64,000 bases of DNA from an uncultured delta proteobacterium (GTDB lineage Bacteria; Desulfobacterota; Desulfomonilia; Desulfomonilales; Desulfomonilaceae): positions 256,001-320,000 of the forward strand of contig CAWBKB010000003.1 in NCBI GenBank assembly GCA_963789265.1. The letters run 5' to 3'. The translations under genes and the position numbers were made by a program. Below the pieces are notes generated by a model. That model was not told the DNA's origin, did not search any database, and saw only the letters and a list, made by a program, of their open reading frames with translations. This document shows positions 11,768-22,665 of this stretch, piece after piece (positions within the stretch are counted from its first letter, which is position 1; every line of letters begins with the position of its first letter).

Positions 11768-13183
11768 ATGCATGTGAACGTTCCGTGCCCCAGAATCGTT
11801 ATAGCCGGTACCAACAGTGGGGTAGGCAAAACCTCTGTGACGCTCGCACTGGTCAGTGCGCTCAGGAGGCGTGGTCAAACTGTGCAGACCTTTAAGGTCG
11901 GTCCTGATTATCTTGACCCCACGTACCTGAGCCTCGCTTCGGGGAGACCGTGCTACAACCTAGATGGCTGGATGACCGGTGAGCCTTACGTACGGAATCT
12001 TTTTCTCGCAAAAGCATCAAATGCCGATGTTGCAGTAATCGAAGGGGTCATGGGGCTCTTCGACGGGAGTGACCCGGTGAATTCCACGGGTAGTACCGCA
12101 GAGATTGCCGCCTGGCTGGACGCGCCCGTTTTGTTGGTTGTAAACGCTCATGGAGTCGCGCGGAGCCTGGCAGCCCTGGTGAAAGGGTACGCGGAATTTG
12201 ACCCCGGCCTGAGAATTGCCGGCGTTGTCGTCAACCATTGCGGATCTGAGCGTCATGGAGAATGGCTGGCCGAATCGCTTAACGCGTTCGGACTCCCCCA
12301 GGCTGTGGCAGGCATCCCCCGTGGCGCCTTTCCTGACCTTTCGAGCCGCCATCTCGGGCTGGTAACCGCCAATTCCCGTAACCTGTCGCAAGAAGTCACG
12401 GAAGCGCTTGGAGAAGCACTGGAGCGCTACGGCCGCGTGGATGAAATCCTTAGAATCGCCCGATCCGCCCCTGCGATTCCGAATACTATCACTGCCCGAA
12501 AGGACCCGATGAATGCCGAACAATTGCGGTTGGGACTAGCCTACGACGCGGCTTTTCACTTTTACTATCAGGACAACCTTGAAGCCCTTGAAGACCACGG
12601 ATTCGAATTGATTCTTTTCTCTCCGATCGGGGACAATTTTCTACCCGAAAAGCTGGACTGCATTTATTTCGGAGGAGGATACCCCGAAGAACATGCTGAA
12701 GCCCTTGCCGGAAACACGCTCATGCTCGAATCGGTCAGGCAATTCGCGCGGACGGGTAGACCTGTCTATGCCGAGTGCGGGGGATTGATGTATCTGGCCC
12801 AGGGCATTGAGTGCAGCAACGGCCGACGCCATAATCTCGTCGGCAAGCTACCGCAGTGGACCAGGATGTCGGCTCAACTCAAAGCGCTTTCCTATGTGGA
12901 AGTCACTTTGGCGCAGGACTCGCTTTTGGGGAAACAGGGCGACAGACTCAGAGGTCACGAGTTCCATTACTCTGAGCTGATTGACGACACCGTCGTGCAG
13001 GAGGGATGGAGCCGCCCTTACCTTGTGAGCAGACGACGTTCGGGTGCAACTACACTGGAAGGATTTCAGAGTGGCAGCACAGTGGCAAGCTATGTTCACG
13101 CCCATTTCGCATCGCAACCAAGAGCGCTGGAGCATTTTGTGGCGGTTTGCGCTGCGAGTGGTGTACCAGAAGCCGCGATTTAG
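11768..13183 (+). CDS. cbiA: Cobyrinate a,c-diamide synthase
   Basis: SGVGKT, FKVGPDYLD, EGVMGLFDG, AECGGLMYL motifs. Confidence 0.93.
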   Translation: MHVNVPCPRIVIAGTNSGVGKTSVTLALVSALRRRGQTVQTFKVGPDYLDPTYLSLASGRPCYNLDGWMTGEPYVRNLFLAKASNADVAVIEGVMGLFDGSDPVNSTGSTAEIAAWLDAPVLLVVNAHGVARSLAALVKGYAEFDPGLRIAGVVVNHCGSERHGEWLAESLNAFGLPQAVAGIPRGAFPDLSSRHLGLVTANSRNLSQEVTEALGEALERYGRVDEILRIARSAPAIPNTITARKDPMNAEQLRLGLAYDAAFHFYYQDNLEALEDHGFELILFSPIGDNFLPEKLDCIYFGGGYPEEHAEALAGNTLMLESVRQFARTGRPVYAECGGLMYLAQGIECSNGRRHNLVGKLPQWTRMSAQLKALSYVEVTLAQDSLLGKQGDRLRGHEFHYSELIDDTVVQEGWSRPYLVSRRRSGATTLEGFQSGSTVASYVHAHFASQPRALEHFVAVCAASGVPEAAI

Positions 13184-13220
13184 CTGAAGACTGATGTGAG
13201 AGGCCTTGAAGTCGATGTAT

Positions 13221-13281
13221 TGGTGGGACAGGCATCTTGCCTGTCAATTCCGGATCGACAGGCAAGATGCCTGTCCCACCA
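13221..13281. repeat. REP-like inverted doublet (type B)
   Basis: Perfect 25-bp inverted repeat TGGTGGGACAGGCATCTTGCCTGTC; each arm is itself a hairpin. Confidence 0.85.
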
Positions 13282-13314
13282 TGACAATTATAAAATGGAG
13301 CACTTAAGAAACCT

Positions 13315-14001
13315 ATGAACCTTACACCTTCGAATAGACCCCTCATTTACGCTCTGCACGAAGATCCCATGAGCCCGGAAGCGATCGAAGCCCGCTCTTT
13401 TGAAATCATCGAACAGGAGATTGAGACCCATTCGTTTTCTCCCGACCAGTGGAAGGTCGTGAGGCGCATATTGCATACCACTGCGGATTTTGGGTTGGTG
13501 GACTACGTGAAATTCTCAGACGACGCTATCGAATCAGCTATCACTGCGTTACGTTCCGGGAGTCCGATCTTTGTGGACTCGAACATGATCCGCTCAGGGC
13601 TCTCCCTGGCAAGGCTCAAACGAGTTTGTCCCAACTACGGGCCCGACGACCTCGTTTGTCATGTGGCAGACGAAGACGTCGCAAAAAAGGCTGCTGAGAG
13701 CGGACTGCCTCGTTCTCTTTTTGCCGTGCGTAAGGCTGCCGGCACCCTGGACCGTGGAATCGCCGTTTTCGGCAACGCGCCCGTGGCTCTGATGGAACTG
13801 AATCGCCTCATAATAGAAGAGGGCGTCAGACCGGCTATAGTCATAGCCATGCCTGTGGGATTTGTTCACGTGGTCGAAAGCAAGCAGGAGCTGATGTCTC
13901 TGGGAGTGCCCCACATTACGATCAGCGGTCGCAGAGGGGGCAGCCCCCTGGCGGTCAGCACGGTGCATGCGCTCTGCTCCCTGGCCGGTGAGCGGACGTG
14001 A
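13315..14001 (+). CDS. cbiC: Precorrin-8X/cobalt-precorrin-8 methylmutase
   Basis: IEARSFEII, RRILHTTADF, GNAPVAL, PVGFV, GRRGGS motifs. Confidence 0.93.
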   Translation: MNLTPSNRPLIYALHEDPMSPEAIEARSFEIIEQEIETHSFSPDQWKVVRRILHTTADFGLVDYVKFSDDAIESAITALRSGSPIFVDSNMIRSGLSLARLKRVCPNYGPDDLVCHVADEDVAKKAAESGLPRSLFAVRKAAGTLDRGIAVFGNAPVALMELNRLIIEEGVRPAIVIAMPVGFVHVVESKQELMSLGVPHITISGRRGGSPLAVSTVHALCSLAGERT

Positions 14002-14020
14002 CCGATAAGAGAGGTGTGGA

Positions 14021-14536
14021 ATGTCGAACGACTGCAACGGCAAGAGTGCCATTATACTTTTAGGCCATGGCAGCCGAGTACCCGATGCGGGTAAGCACAT
14101 GGAAAAAGTAGCTGCGGGACTCAAAGAAAAGTACGGCTATGACATGGTCGAAGTCTGCTACATGTCTCGCCTTGGGCCGCACTTGCCGGAAATTTTCATG
14201 AAGTGCATGGAGCACGGCGCAACTCACGTCATGGTTATCCCATACTTCTTGCACGACGGGCTGCACCTGGTTCTGGACATACCAGAGATGATGCAGGAAT
14301 TAGCTCACGACTACCCGGACGTGAAGGTTGTTTTGGGCAAGAACCTTGGATTTGACGAAACGCTTGTGGATCTGGTGGAACGGAGGATCATGGATTCCAA
14401 GGACCAGGGTGACGTGAGAGATCTCATGCTCCCCCCCAGGCAAAAATATCCTGTACCTCCAGGCCAATATGAGTTTGTGCAAATGGAGCCCGAAGAGGCG
14501 GCAAAATTTCTGAGGAAAGATGGTGACCACCAATGA
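14021..14536 (+). CDS. cbiX: Sirohydrochlorin cobaltochelatase, short CbiX type
   Basis: LLGHGSR and PYFLHDGLH...DIP in a single CbiX domain. Confidence 0.85.
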   Translation: MSNDCNGKSAIILLGHGSRVPDAGKHMEKVAAGLKEKYGYDMVEVCYMSRLGPHLPEIFMKCMEHGATHVMVIPYFLHDGLHLVLDIPEMMQELAHDYPDVKVVLGKNLGFDETLVDLVERRIMDSKDQGDVRDLMLPPRQKYPVPPGQYEFVQMEPEEAAKFLRKDGDHQ

Positions 14537-15294
14537 GGAGAATTGTCATGACAAACCGCGTGCGGGCAATTGCTACCGTGGGGTTGGTACTTGCCGTCAT
14601 TGAGGCGGCCTCGGGACCGGCCTACGCAATGCATATCTCAGAAGGCATCTTGCCGGTGCAGTGGTGTTTACTTTGGTTTGTAATGGCCGCGCCTTTTGTG
14701 TTCTGGGGACTTCGCACTCTACGTGTTCGGAGCAAGGAAGAGCCGCACTTGAAAGCAATGGTAGGGCTGGTGGGGGCTGCGGTTTTCGTCATATCGTGCA
14801 TGCCCATCCCTGTTCCTACGGCAGGAACGTGCTCTCATCCCTGCGGTACCGGTATGGCTGCGATTCTCATCGGGCCTTCACTTACCGTAGTTGTGGCAAG
14901 CGTCGCCCTGTTACTACAGGCGTTGTTTCTCGGGCATGGAGGACTCACCACCTTGGGCGCTAACATAATGTCTATGGGCGTGATGGGAGCCTTCACAGGG
15001 TACGGCATTTTTGTTTTCGCCAAGCGGCTGGGAGTTCCGTGGATTGCGGCGGCTTTTATGGCCGGCTTACTGTCGGACTGGGTCGTGTACGCGGGAACGT
15101 CCTTCTTCCTGGCTACAGCTCTGCACGGAGACGGTTCAATGGTACGGATGTTTCTGACCATAGTCTTGGCTTTTGTCCCTACTCAGCTTCCCTTGGGGAT
15201 ACTGGAAGGGTTCATCACTGCCGGGGCATATCGTCTGATCCACAACCGCCGCCCGGAATTTCTTGGAGCACTTGCCGGAGGAGGCGCACTGTGA
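14533..15294 (+). CDS. cbiM: Cobalt ECF transporter S component
   Basis: Signal peptide followed by MHISEGIL; GTCSHP; HGGLTTLGAN. Confidence 0.93.
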   Translation: MRRIVMTNRVRAIATVGLVLAVIEAASGPAYAMHISEGILPVQWCLLWFVMAAPFVFWGLRTLRVRSKEEPHLKAMVGLVGAAVFVISCMPIPVPTAGTCSHPCGTGMAAILIGPSLTVVVASVALLLQALFLGHGGLTTLGANIMSMGVMGAFTGYGIFVFAKRLGVPWIAAAFMAGLLSDWVVYAGTSFFLATALHGDGSMVRMFLTIVLAFVPTQLPLGILEGFITAGAYRLIHNRRPEFLGALAGGGAL

Positions 15295-15575
15295 AGAAAG
15301 CAGTTGTTATCATGGCGCTTCTATTTGCTCCGGCCCTAACTGGGGCAATCGGCCTCACGGGCACACACGGCAAATGGCCGGGTGTTGACGAGGCTGTGGT
15401 GGAGAAGTTTGCCAAGGACGCGGGGCGGCCTGCTCGTGAGCCTTTCTTGAACTTCGGCGAGGGAGACGTCCAGCTTTTTCTCTTTCTCATCGCGGGGGCT
15501 GTGGGAGGATTTGTCGCAGGGTACTACTATCGGGACCTGTTCGCGCCCGGGGCGAGCAAAGTAAAGAATCCGTAA
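15291..15575 (+). CDS. Cobalt transport accessory subunit (CbiN-like)
   Basis: GTG start overlapping the cbiM stop; two TM segments around WPGVDEAVVEK; lies between cbiM and cbiQ. Confidence 0.75.
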   Translation: MKKAVVIMALLFAPALTGAIGLTGTHGKWPGVDEAVVEKFAKDAGRPAREPFLNFGEGDVQLFLFLIAGAVGGFVAGYYYRDLFAPGASKVKNP

Positions 15576-15576
15576 G

Positions 15577-16353
15577 ATGTTTGAACTGTTTTCCGACATT
15601 TTTGCCTGCCGGGACAACGCACTGACGCGCATGGACCCACGTCCGAAAATGGTGATCGCTTTCACCTTGATCATTGCTGTTGTCCTTTCAGAACAGCCGT
15701 TTTTTCCGCTCCTTACGTTTGTAATGTGCACGGGCGGAATGCTTTGGCTGAAGATGCCCGCGAGGCTGGTCCTGGTGAGGCTTGTGATGCCAATGGGAAT
15801 CGTTGTGGTTCTGGTGGTCTTGCAGACTTTCCTCACAGGAGCGACCCCGCTTATATCATTCTCTTTTGCTGGATATCGTTTCACCGGAACCGAGGAAGGT
15901 CTGATGCGGGGCATGCTTCTGGGCTCTCGTGTCCTCGGCGCGGTTAGTGTGATGTTGCTGCTAAGCTCCGTGACGCCGGTATACAAGATCTTCGGTGCGA
16001 TGCAATGGTTCCGCGTTCCCGAGGGATGGGTCGAGATTGCTCTGCTAATCTATCGTTACACCTTTGTGCTGCTCGATCAGACCGCTGACATAGCCACAGC
16101 CCAGCGGGTCCGCCTCGGGTATTCGAGCCCCCGGCGTTCATTGTCGTCAGCGGGTGTGCTGGCAGGGACTGTTGTGGCTCGGTCCATGGATCAGGCCATG
16201 AGGACATACGAGGCAATGACTCTGCGAGGTTATCAAGGGCGTTTGCCGGTGGGCGTATTGCCGAATTTGAAGACCGCGGACTACTTTTCCATGTCGGCCG
16301 TTCCTGCGGCTACGTTCGTGCTTTACCTGATTGCGGAATGGTGGACGAAATGA
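15577..16353 (+). CDS. cbiQ: Cobalt ECF transporter T component
   Basis: DPRPK, YRYTFVL, AQRVRLG, AMTLRGY motifs. Confidence 0.9.
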   Translation: MFELFSDIFACRDNALTRMDPRPKMVIAFTLIIAVVLSEQPFFPLLTFVMCTGGMLWLKMPARLVLVRLVMPMGIVVVLVVLQTFLTGATPLISFSFAGYRFTGTEEGLMRGMLLGSRVLGAVSVMLLLSSVTPVYKIFGAMQWFRVPEGWVEIALLIYRYTFVLLDQTADIATAQRVRLGYSSPRRSLSSAGVLAGTVVARSMDQAMRTYEAMTLRGYQGRLPVGVLPNLKTADYFSMSAVPAATFVLYLIAEWWTK

Positions 16354-17225
16354 GTAAACCGCCGGCTGTTCAGACATCAGGCGTGACGTTCACCTACCAG
16401 GAGGGGACTCGTGCCCTCGACAATGTGGACTTCTGGGCCGAGACCGGTGAGTTCGTTGCGATGCTCGCTTCCAATGGTTCCGGCAAAACAACCCTCATTA
16501 AGGTGTTGATCGGCCTGCTCAAACCTGAAAAAGGAATCGTTCGAATCGAGGGCTGCGATATCAGAAAGTTTTCTCGGAAAAACTTGTACCAGCGAGTGGG
16601 GCTGGTATTGCAAAACCCTGCGGATCAACTTTTTGCCGCAACAGTGGAGGAGGACGTCGCCTACGGGCCCAGGAATCTCGGACTGGCCGAGCCGGAGGTC
16701 CAGCGAAGAGTGGGTGAGGCATTGGAATGCGTCGCAGCCGCGGAGTTGCGTCCAAGGGCGATCCATCATTTGAGTTTTGGCGAGCAGAAGCGAGTTTCCA
16801 TGGCAGGGGTATTGGCTATGCGCCCTTCCACGTTGATACTCGATGAGCCTACCGCGGGCCTGGATCCCGCGGGCGAAGCCCTCATGATGCGGCTCTTGAA
16901 CCGGCTGAATCGTGAGCAGGGTATCACGGTGATTCTCGCCACCCATTCCGTAGACCTGTTGCCTCTTTTTGCCGACCGGATTTACGTGTTGCGCCGGGGC
17001 CGGGTGCTCAAGCAAGGCCCCGCGGATGAGATCTTCTGCGATCACGATATGATCGACCATGCCTGTCTAAGGCTTCCTTACATCGCGGGTCTACTTCACA
17101 AGATGAAGGAATATGACGGCGTTCCGATAAACGGGTTGCCTTTGACCATTGGCGAGGCCCGCATGCGCTTACTGGAACTTATTCCCGAAGACATGATCGT
17201 CAAGCCTCCCGAGGTAGTTCACTAA
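16350..17225 (+). CDS. cbiO: Cobalt ECF transporter ATPase
   Basis: NGSGKT, QNPADQLF, LSFGEQKR, LDEPTAGLD motifs. Confidence 0.9.
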   Translation: MSKPPAVQTSGVTFTYQEGTRALDNVDFWAETGEFVAMLASNGSGKTTLIKVLIGLLKPEKGIVRIEGCDIRKFSRKNLYQRVGLVLQNPADQLFAATVEEDVAYGPRNLGLAEPEVQRRVGEALECVAAAELRPRAIHHLSFGEQKRVSMAGVLAMRPSTLILDEPTAGLDPAGEALMMRLLNRLNREQGITVILATHSVDLLPLFADRIYVLRRGRVLKQGPADEIFCDHDMIDHACLRLPYIAGLLHKMKEYDGVPINGLPLTIGEARMRLLELIPEDMIVKPPEVVH

Positions 17226-18280
17226 TGGCTTCCGGCCGGACCGGTTTCACAACGGGAACCTGTGCAGCAGCCGCAGCCAAAGCTGCGACAATGGCATTGT
17301 GCGGGCATTTGGTCTCTCCGGAAGTAGAGGTGGGCCTTCCCGGCGGCGTGCGAGTGAAATTGCCCACGGCGTGGACCAAAGGAGATTTCCATTCTGCGGA
17401 AGCAGCGGTGCTTAAGGACGCGGGAGACGATCCTGATGTTACGGACGGCTGCACGGTTATTGCGTCGGTTGCGTGGGCTGAAGGCAAGGATGTGGCAATT
17501 GCCGCCGGAGAAGGCGTGGGAACGGTCACCAAGCCCGGGCTCTCCGTGCTTCCAGGTGAGCCGGCCATCAATCCTGTTCCCAGGCGTATGATTCGGGACG
17601 CGATACGGGAAGTCACGAACCGCCCGGTACGGGTTACGATTTCTATCCCCGGTGGGGAAGCGCTTGCAGCAAAGACCTTCAACCCGCGCCTTGGAGTGGA
17701 AGGCGGCCTTTCGATTCTGGGTACATCGGGGATCGTGCGTCCCTTCAGCGGAACTGCTCTGCGGGACGCCCTCAAGTGCACTCTCAGCGTCGCTGAGGCA
17801 TGCCGTGTCAAGGCTCCGGTCCTTGTACCTGGTCGAATTGGTGAGAAAGCCGCACGACGCTATTTTCGAATCTCACCGGAGCAATTGATTGAAGTGAGCA
17901 ATGAATGGGGATTCATGCTCGATCAGGTCGCAGCGCGCAACTTCAGGCGATTGCTGGTATTGGGCCATCCTGGTAAGCTGGCAAAGCTGCCCGAGGGTCA
18001 GTGGGATACTCACTCCTCGCGATCGGCAAGTGCCGTTCCGGCAGTGGCTGATTTGGCAATTCGTCTTCTTGGAAAGACAGCGCCTGATTGCCCAACAGTG
18101 GAAGGGATTTTTGCAGCCTTGCCCGTCGCGGATCGCGGCCGGCTGGCGGCTGAATTAGCCGTCAAGATTCGGCGAGCAATCGATGCTCGCATTCGAGGGC
18201 GATACCCTACCGCGGTAGTCTTGGTGAACATTCGGAGTGAGTTGCTGGGATCCGACGGAGACCTACTCGCATGGCAATAG
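17225..18280 (+). CDS. cbiD: Cobalt-precorrin-5B C1-methyltransferase
   Basis: GFTTGTCAAAA, KDAGDDPDVT, TFNPRLG motifs. Confidence 0.95.
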   Translation: MASGRTGFTTGTCAAAAAKAATMALCGHLVSPEVEVGLPGGVRVKLPTAWTKGDFHSAEAAVLKDAGDDPDVTDGCTVIASVAWAEGKDVAIAAGEGVGTVTKPGLSVLPGEPAINPVPRRMIRDAIREVTNRPVRVTISIPGGEALAAKTFNPRLGVEGGLSILGTSGIVRPFSGTALRDALKCTLSVAEACRVKAPVLVPGRIGEKAARRYFRISPEQLIEVSNEWGFMLDQVAARNFRRLLVLGHPGKLAKLPEGQWDTHSSRSASAVPAVADLAIRLLGKTAPDCPTVEGIFAALPVADRGRLAAELAVKIRRAIDARIRGRYPTAVVLVNIRSELLGSDGDLLAWQ

Positions 18281-18912
18281 GGCAAAAGTCTATTTATATC
18301 GTGGGCTGCGGCCCGGGATCGCCGGACTATCTCACCCCTGCCGCGCTGAGAGTCATTGAAGCGGCAGAGGTGTTGGTCGGAGCCGGGAGACTGCTGGAAC
18401 TTTTCCAGTCCGCGGCCGCGGAACGCGTGGCCGTGAGCACCAACACTGACGAGATTCTGGATTTTATGGCTTCCAAAGCAGACCATCAGCGGATCGCCGT
18501 GCTCGTCAGCGGCGATCCGGGCCTGTTCAGTTTAGCGAAGCTGGTAATCGAACGTTTTGGCCGCAGTCGTTGCAAAGTGATTCCCGGGGTCAGCTCGGTA
18601 CAGACCGCGTTCGCACGGATTGGAGTTGATTGGGCTGATGCACGTATCGTCAGTATTCACAAGCAGTATCCGCCAATAGATCCCCAACTGGCGGACGCGG
18701 ACAAGATCGCAGTTCTCTGCGGTCGCGAAGGCTCAACCAGATGGATTGCGGGCCATCTTTTGCAAGATAAACGATCAAGCCGTCGAGTGTTCATTTGTCA
18801 AAATCTCACTATGGATGACGAGCAAGTCCGAGAAGTTAACCCCTGTGATCTTGAGGTGTTGACTGTGCCGCCCAGCTCCATTGTTCTGATCGTCAAAGGA
18901 AACGTGTTTTGA
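18271..18912 (+). CDS. cbiE: Cobalt-precorrin-7 C5-methyltransferase
   Basis: VGCGPG, SGDPGLF, PGVSSVQ motifs; operon position. Confidence 0.85.
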   Translation: MAIGQKSIYIVGCGPGSPDYLTPAALRVIEAAEVLVGAGRLLELFQSAAAERVAVSTNTDEILDFMASKADHQRIAVLVSGDPGLFSLAKLVIERFGRSRCKVIPGVSSVQTAFARIGVDWADARIVSIHKQYPPIDPQLADADKIAVLCGREGSTRWIAGHLLQDKRSSRRVFICQNLTMDDEQVREVNPCDLEVLTVPPSSIVLIVKGNVF

Positions 18913-19640
18913 TGAGCCGAGGAAAGCTTTACGGAATCGGAGTGGGACCAGGTGATCCCGATCTCATCACAGTTAAGGGCGCGACTATCCTCGGGGAGTG
19001 CACTCACGTGTTTGTCCCGAAAGCTCGCAAAGGCGCGGAGAGTGTAGCACTGAGCATTGCGCAAAAGCACATAAATCCGAGAGCCGAGATTCACGAAATT
19101 CTTTTCCCCATGACAACGGATCGATCGGAACTCGAGAAACGCTGGGAAGAATCGGCCAGAGCTATTGCGGAAGTGCTCGAAACCGGTGTGGATGCCTGTT
19201 TTCTCACGCTTGGCGATACTTTGTTGTATTCTACGTACATCTACCTGCTGCGGGCGCTTCGCCGGAGAATCCCCAGCGTGGAAGTCGCTACGGTGCCGGG
19301 AATTACAGCGTTCAGCGCCGCGGCATCCCTGGCCGAATTCCCGGTAGGCGAGGCAAAGGAGCCGGTCACGATAATTCCCACCGCGGACGATCTCAAAGAC
19401 GTGCACCGCGCACTGTCCCTTGGAGGCACCGTGGTGTTGATGAAAATCGGCAAACGCCTCAACCAAATTCTAGATTTGCTCGAAGACGCCGGAGTTATGG
19501 AGCACAGCGTGTTTGTCTCTCACGCGGGAATGGAATCTCAACGCATTGAAACCGATCTTCGCAATCTACGCGGCGAGAATTCTGAAGCCGGCTACTTGTC
19601 GATCATACTTGTTCGAGGGAAAGGCGAGAAAACCAAGTGA
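18909..19640 (+). CDS. cbiL: Cobalt-precorrin-2 C20-methyltransferase
   Basis: [30 protein letters not shown] motifs. Confidence 0.9.
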   Translation: MMSRGKLYGIGVGPGDPDLITVKGATILGECTHVFVPKARKGAESVALSIAQKHINPRAEIHEILFPMTTDRSELEKRWEESARAIAEVLETGVDACFLTLGDTLLYSTYIYLLRALRRRIPSVEVATVPGITAFSAAASLAEFPVGEAKEPVTIIPTADDLKDVHRALSLGGTVVLMKIGKRLNQILDLLEDAGVMEHSVFVSHAGMESQRIETDLRNLRGENSEAGYLSIILVRGKGEKTK

Positions 19641-20396
19641 AAGTCTACTTCGTCGGTGCCGGTCCCGGTGACCCGGAACTGATGACAATTAAGGCCGAAC
19701 GATTGCTGCGTAACTGCCGCATCTGCGTGTACGCGGGTTCGCTGATAAGCACCGAGGTTTCTGGCTCTCCTTCCGGATAGCGCGGAAAAGCATGATTCCG
19801 CCGGCCTCAACCTTGAGGAGATCGGCCGTCTGTTCCGGGATGCTCACCAGAGAGGCATTGACCTAGTGAGGCTGCATTCCGGAGATCCATCGATATACGG
19901 AGCCATACGAGAACAGATGAATCTGCTGGATCAGTGGGGCATCGACTACGAGGTCATACCGGGAGTAAGCTCGTTTCAAGCTGCCGCAGCGGCCTTACGT
20001 GTTGAACTGACCGTGCCTGAAGTGGCTCAGACCATCATCCTGACCCGGACTTCCGGGCGCACAGCCCTGCCCCCGGAGCAGGAGCTTGATTTGCTGGCCC
20101 AAGCCCACGCCACGTTGTGTATTTTCCTGTCGGCTCACAAACTCGTCGAAGTGGCGGAAAAACTGGCCGAACATTACGGGCTGCATTGTCCGGTGGCCGT
20201 GGTACATCGCGCATCGTGGCCCGACCAGCGAATCTTTTGCGGTACGCTGGCTGATATTGCAGAAAAGACTCGATACGCAAAGATCAACAAGACTGCCATG
20301 ATTATCGTGGGTGCTGCCCTCTCGCGAGGGTCTCAAGCGTCCAAGCTTTATGACCCCGCATTCTCACACGAATACCGGATCGGGAAAAAAGCATGA
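19637..20396 (+). CDS. cbiF: Cobalt-precorrin-4 C11-methyltransferase (frameshift at ~19760)
   Basis: GTG start [46 protein letters not shown]. Confidence 0.92.
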
Positions 20397-21160
20397 TGAT
20401 GGCTCTGGTGAGTCTTTCCAATGAGGGGGCTATGCTTGCGGATGGCGTGCGCCGCGCCTTTCCTGATTCACAAATGTATTTGCACAAGAACGTGGAAGGA
20501 AAATGGGACGCTGAACGCTTTGGCTCCATTATGGAGCTTACCGAGCGCATTTTCGACAAATATACGGCTCTTGTGTACGTGGCTCCATGCGGAGTGGTTG
20601 TACGGGCCTTGTCCCCGAACCTCAAGAGCAAAACTCATGATCCTGCGGTAGTTGTCGTCGACGTGGGCGCTAGATGGGCAATCAGCCTGCTGAGCGGTCA
20701 TGAAGGCGGAGCCAACGAGCTTGCTGTTGCTATCGGGAACATCCTCGCTGCCGAACCGGTGATATCCACTACCACCGAGGCGCTGAAAAAAGTAATCGTC
20801 GGTATCGGGTGCCGTCGAGGGACTAAACCGGAAAAAATAGTGGCAGCGATCCAGGCAGGACTGAAAGAAGCGGATTTTAAGCTCTCGCAAGTGAGACTGC
20901 TCAGTTCCGCGAGCGTAAAGGCCGACGAAGAGGGATTGTTGGCCGCGGCCCGTGAGCTTGTAATCCCTTTGAGATTCATAGACGCGGACGAAATCAGAAA
21001 CTCAGTCCGCGAATTCGACCGTTCGCATTTTGTAGAGGAAAAAGTCGATTTGCCTGCTGTGGCAGAGCCCTGCGCTCTTCTCGCGGGAAGGAGGACAAGA
21101 TTAGTACTGCCGAAGAGAAGCTACAACGGCATAACGATAGCCGTGGCCGAGGAAGGCTGA
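20393..21160 (+). CDS. cbiG: Cobalt-precorrin-5A hydrolase
   Basis: DPAVVVVD, LLSGHEGGAN, GIGCRRG, VAEPCAL motifs. Confidence 0.9.
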   Translation: MMMALVSLSNEGAMLADGVRRAFPDSQMYLHKNVEGKWDAERFGSIMELTERIFDKYTALVYVAPCGVVVRALSPNLKSKTHDPAVVVVDVGARWAISLLSGHEGGANELAVAIGNILAAEPVISTTTEALKKVIVGIGCRRGTKPEKIVAAIQAGLKEADFKLSQVRLLSSASVKADEEGLLAAARELVIPLRFIDADEIRNSVREFDRSHFVEEKVDLPAVAEPCALLAGRRTRLVLPKRSYNGITIAVAEEG

Positions 21161-21162
21161 TT

Positions 21163-21879
21163 GTGGTTGGGATCGGACCCGGAGGGCCTCTTGACAGGAC
21201 ACGGCGGGCCGAGCAAGCAATAGCCGAAAGCAACGTAGTTGTTGGGTACAAGCGTTATTTGGACCTCGTTGCGGATCTGACTAACGGCAAAGATCTAATT
21301 TCATCAGGTATGACCAAGGAGCGGGAGCGGTGCCTCGCTGCGATTCGTCGGGCAGAAGAAGGCGCGACTGTGGCTCTGATTTCGTCCGGCGACGCGGGCA
21401 TCTACGGTATGGCAGGTTTGGCCTTGGAACTGGCCGGCCGAGAGAGTCAGCCTATCCCTATCGAAATAATTCCCGGCGTTACAGCGGCCGGCGCAGCGGC
21501 GGCCAAGCTTGGCGCTCCTTTGATGCTTGACTTCGCATGCATTAGTCTAAGTGATATCCTAGTTCCCTGGGAAATGATACGGAAAAGACTGGAAGCCGTG
21601 GCTTCCGCGGATCTGGTGGCCGCGCTTTACAACCCGAGGAGCAAAAGGCGCACCCGTCGCCTGGAAGAAGCGGCATCCATATTCGGAGAGTACCGGGAAG
21701 GCACGACTCCCGTTGGAATCGGGACGGCCGTCGGCACTGAAGATGAAGAGATAATCCTGTCGGATCTCGACCATTTCCTGGACCTCAACATCAACATGAG
21801 GAGCGTGGTTGTCGTGGGGAATAAGTCATCCAAAGTCGTAGATGGATGGTTCATCACTCCGCGCGGTTACAAAATATGA
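21163..21879 (+). CDS. cbiH: Cobalt-precorrin-3 C17-methyltransferase
   Basis: VGIGPG, SSGDAGIYGMAG, ISLSD, YNPRS, TPRGY motifs. Start is uncertain. Confidence 0.9.
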   Translation: MVGIGPGGPLDRTRRAEQAIAESNVVVGYKRYLDLVADLTNGKDLISSGMTKERERCLAAIRRAEEGATVALISSGDAGIYGMAGLALELAGRESQPIPIEIIPGVTAAGAAAAKLGAPLMLDFACISLSDILVPWEMIRKRLEAVASADLVAALYNPRSKRRTRRLEEAASIFGEYREGTTPVGIGTAVGTEDEEIILSDLDHFLDLNINMRSVVVVGNKSSKVVDGWFITPRGYKI

Positions 21880-22660
21880 TTCTGCTGATAGGTGGTACGA
21901 GCGAAACTGCTCCCCTGGCCGAGGCCCTGGCTCGAGCGGGATTTAAAGGTACTTGTCTCCACCGCGACACGAGTGCCTCTTTATGTGGGCAAGCATCCAC
22001 ACATCTCCAGCCGCTCCGGCCCACTCGATGGAGAGGCTATGGCGAGACTCGCGGCGGAACGGCGTGTGCAGGCAATAGTGGACGCCTCACACCCTTATTC
22101 GTCGGCCGCGCGTGCCAACGCAAGAAAGGTAGCCGTAGATCTCGATATCCCATACTTCAGATGGATGCGCGCGCCTGCTGCAAAGGACGATGACAGCTTG
22201 TTTCTTTGCCCGGACTCATGAGCTTGCAGCAGTGAAAGCCTGCTCATTTGGCGAGCCCGTACTCCTGACCACAGGATCGAGGAATATCACTCCGTATGCA
22301 TTGGAGGCCGGCCGCACCGGAGTGCTGCTGGTGGTTAGGGTGCTTCCGCATCCTAAGTCGATCGAAGGCTGCCGAAAAGCCGGGGTGCCGGACGAGCACA
22401 TTGTCAAAGGCCGCGGCCCGTTTTCCGTGGAAGACAACCGGGCAGTGATACACACATCTGGCATCCGAACTCTGGTAACTAAGGACAGCGGCGTAGAAGG
22501 TGGCTTCCCGGCCAAAATAGAGGCCGCGCAACGGGAAAACTGTCGCGTCATCGTTGTCCAACGTCCCGAAGAACCATCAGAGCAAACTTTCAACCATCTG
22601 ACGACTCTGGTCGATGCGGTATCGCACCGCCTTCGCGGCGGCCGTCAGTCTCGCGGTTAG
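21876..22660 (+). CDS. cbiJ: Cobalt-precorrin-6A reductase (frameshifts at ~21945 and ~22205)
   Basis: LLIGGTSE, VDASHPY, RGPFS and VTKDSG motifs across three frames. Confidence 0.88.
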
Positions 22661-22665
22661 CCGTT

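Noticed and set aside
21140..21170. CbiG-CbiH fusion
   Set aside because: The frames overlap (RGRLIVVGIGPG), but a fusion cannot be separated from an indel error or a GTG start without better reads.
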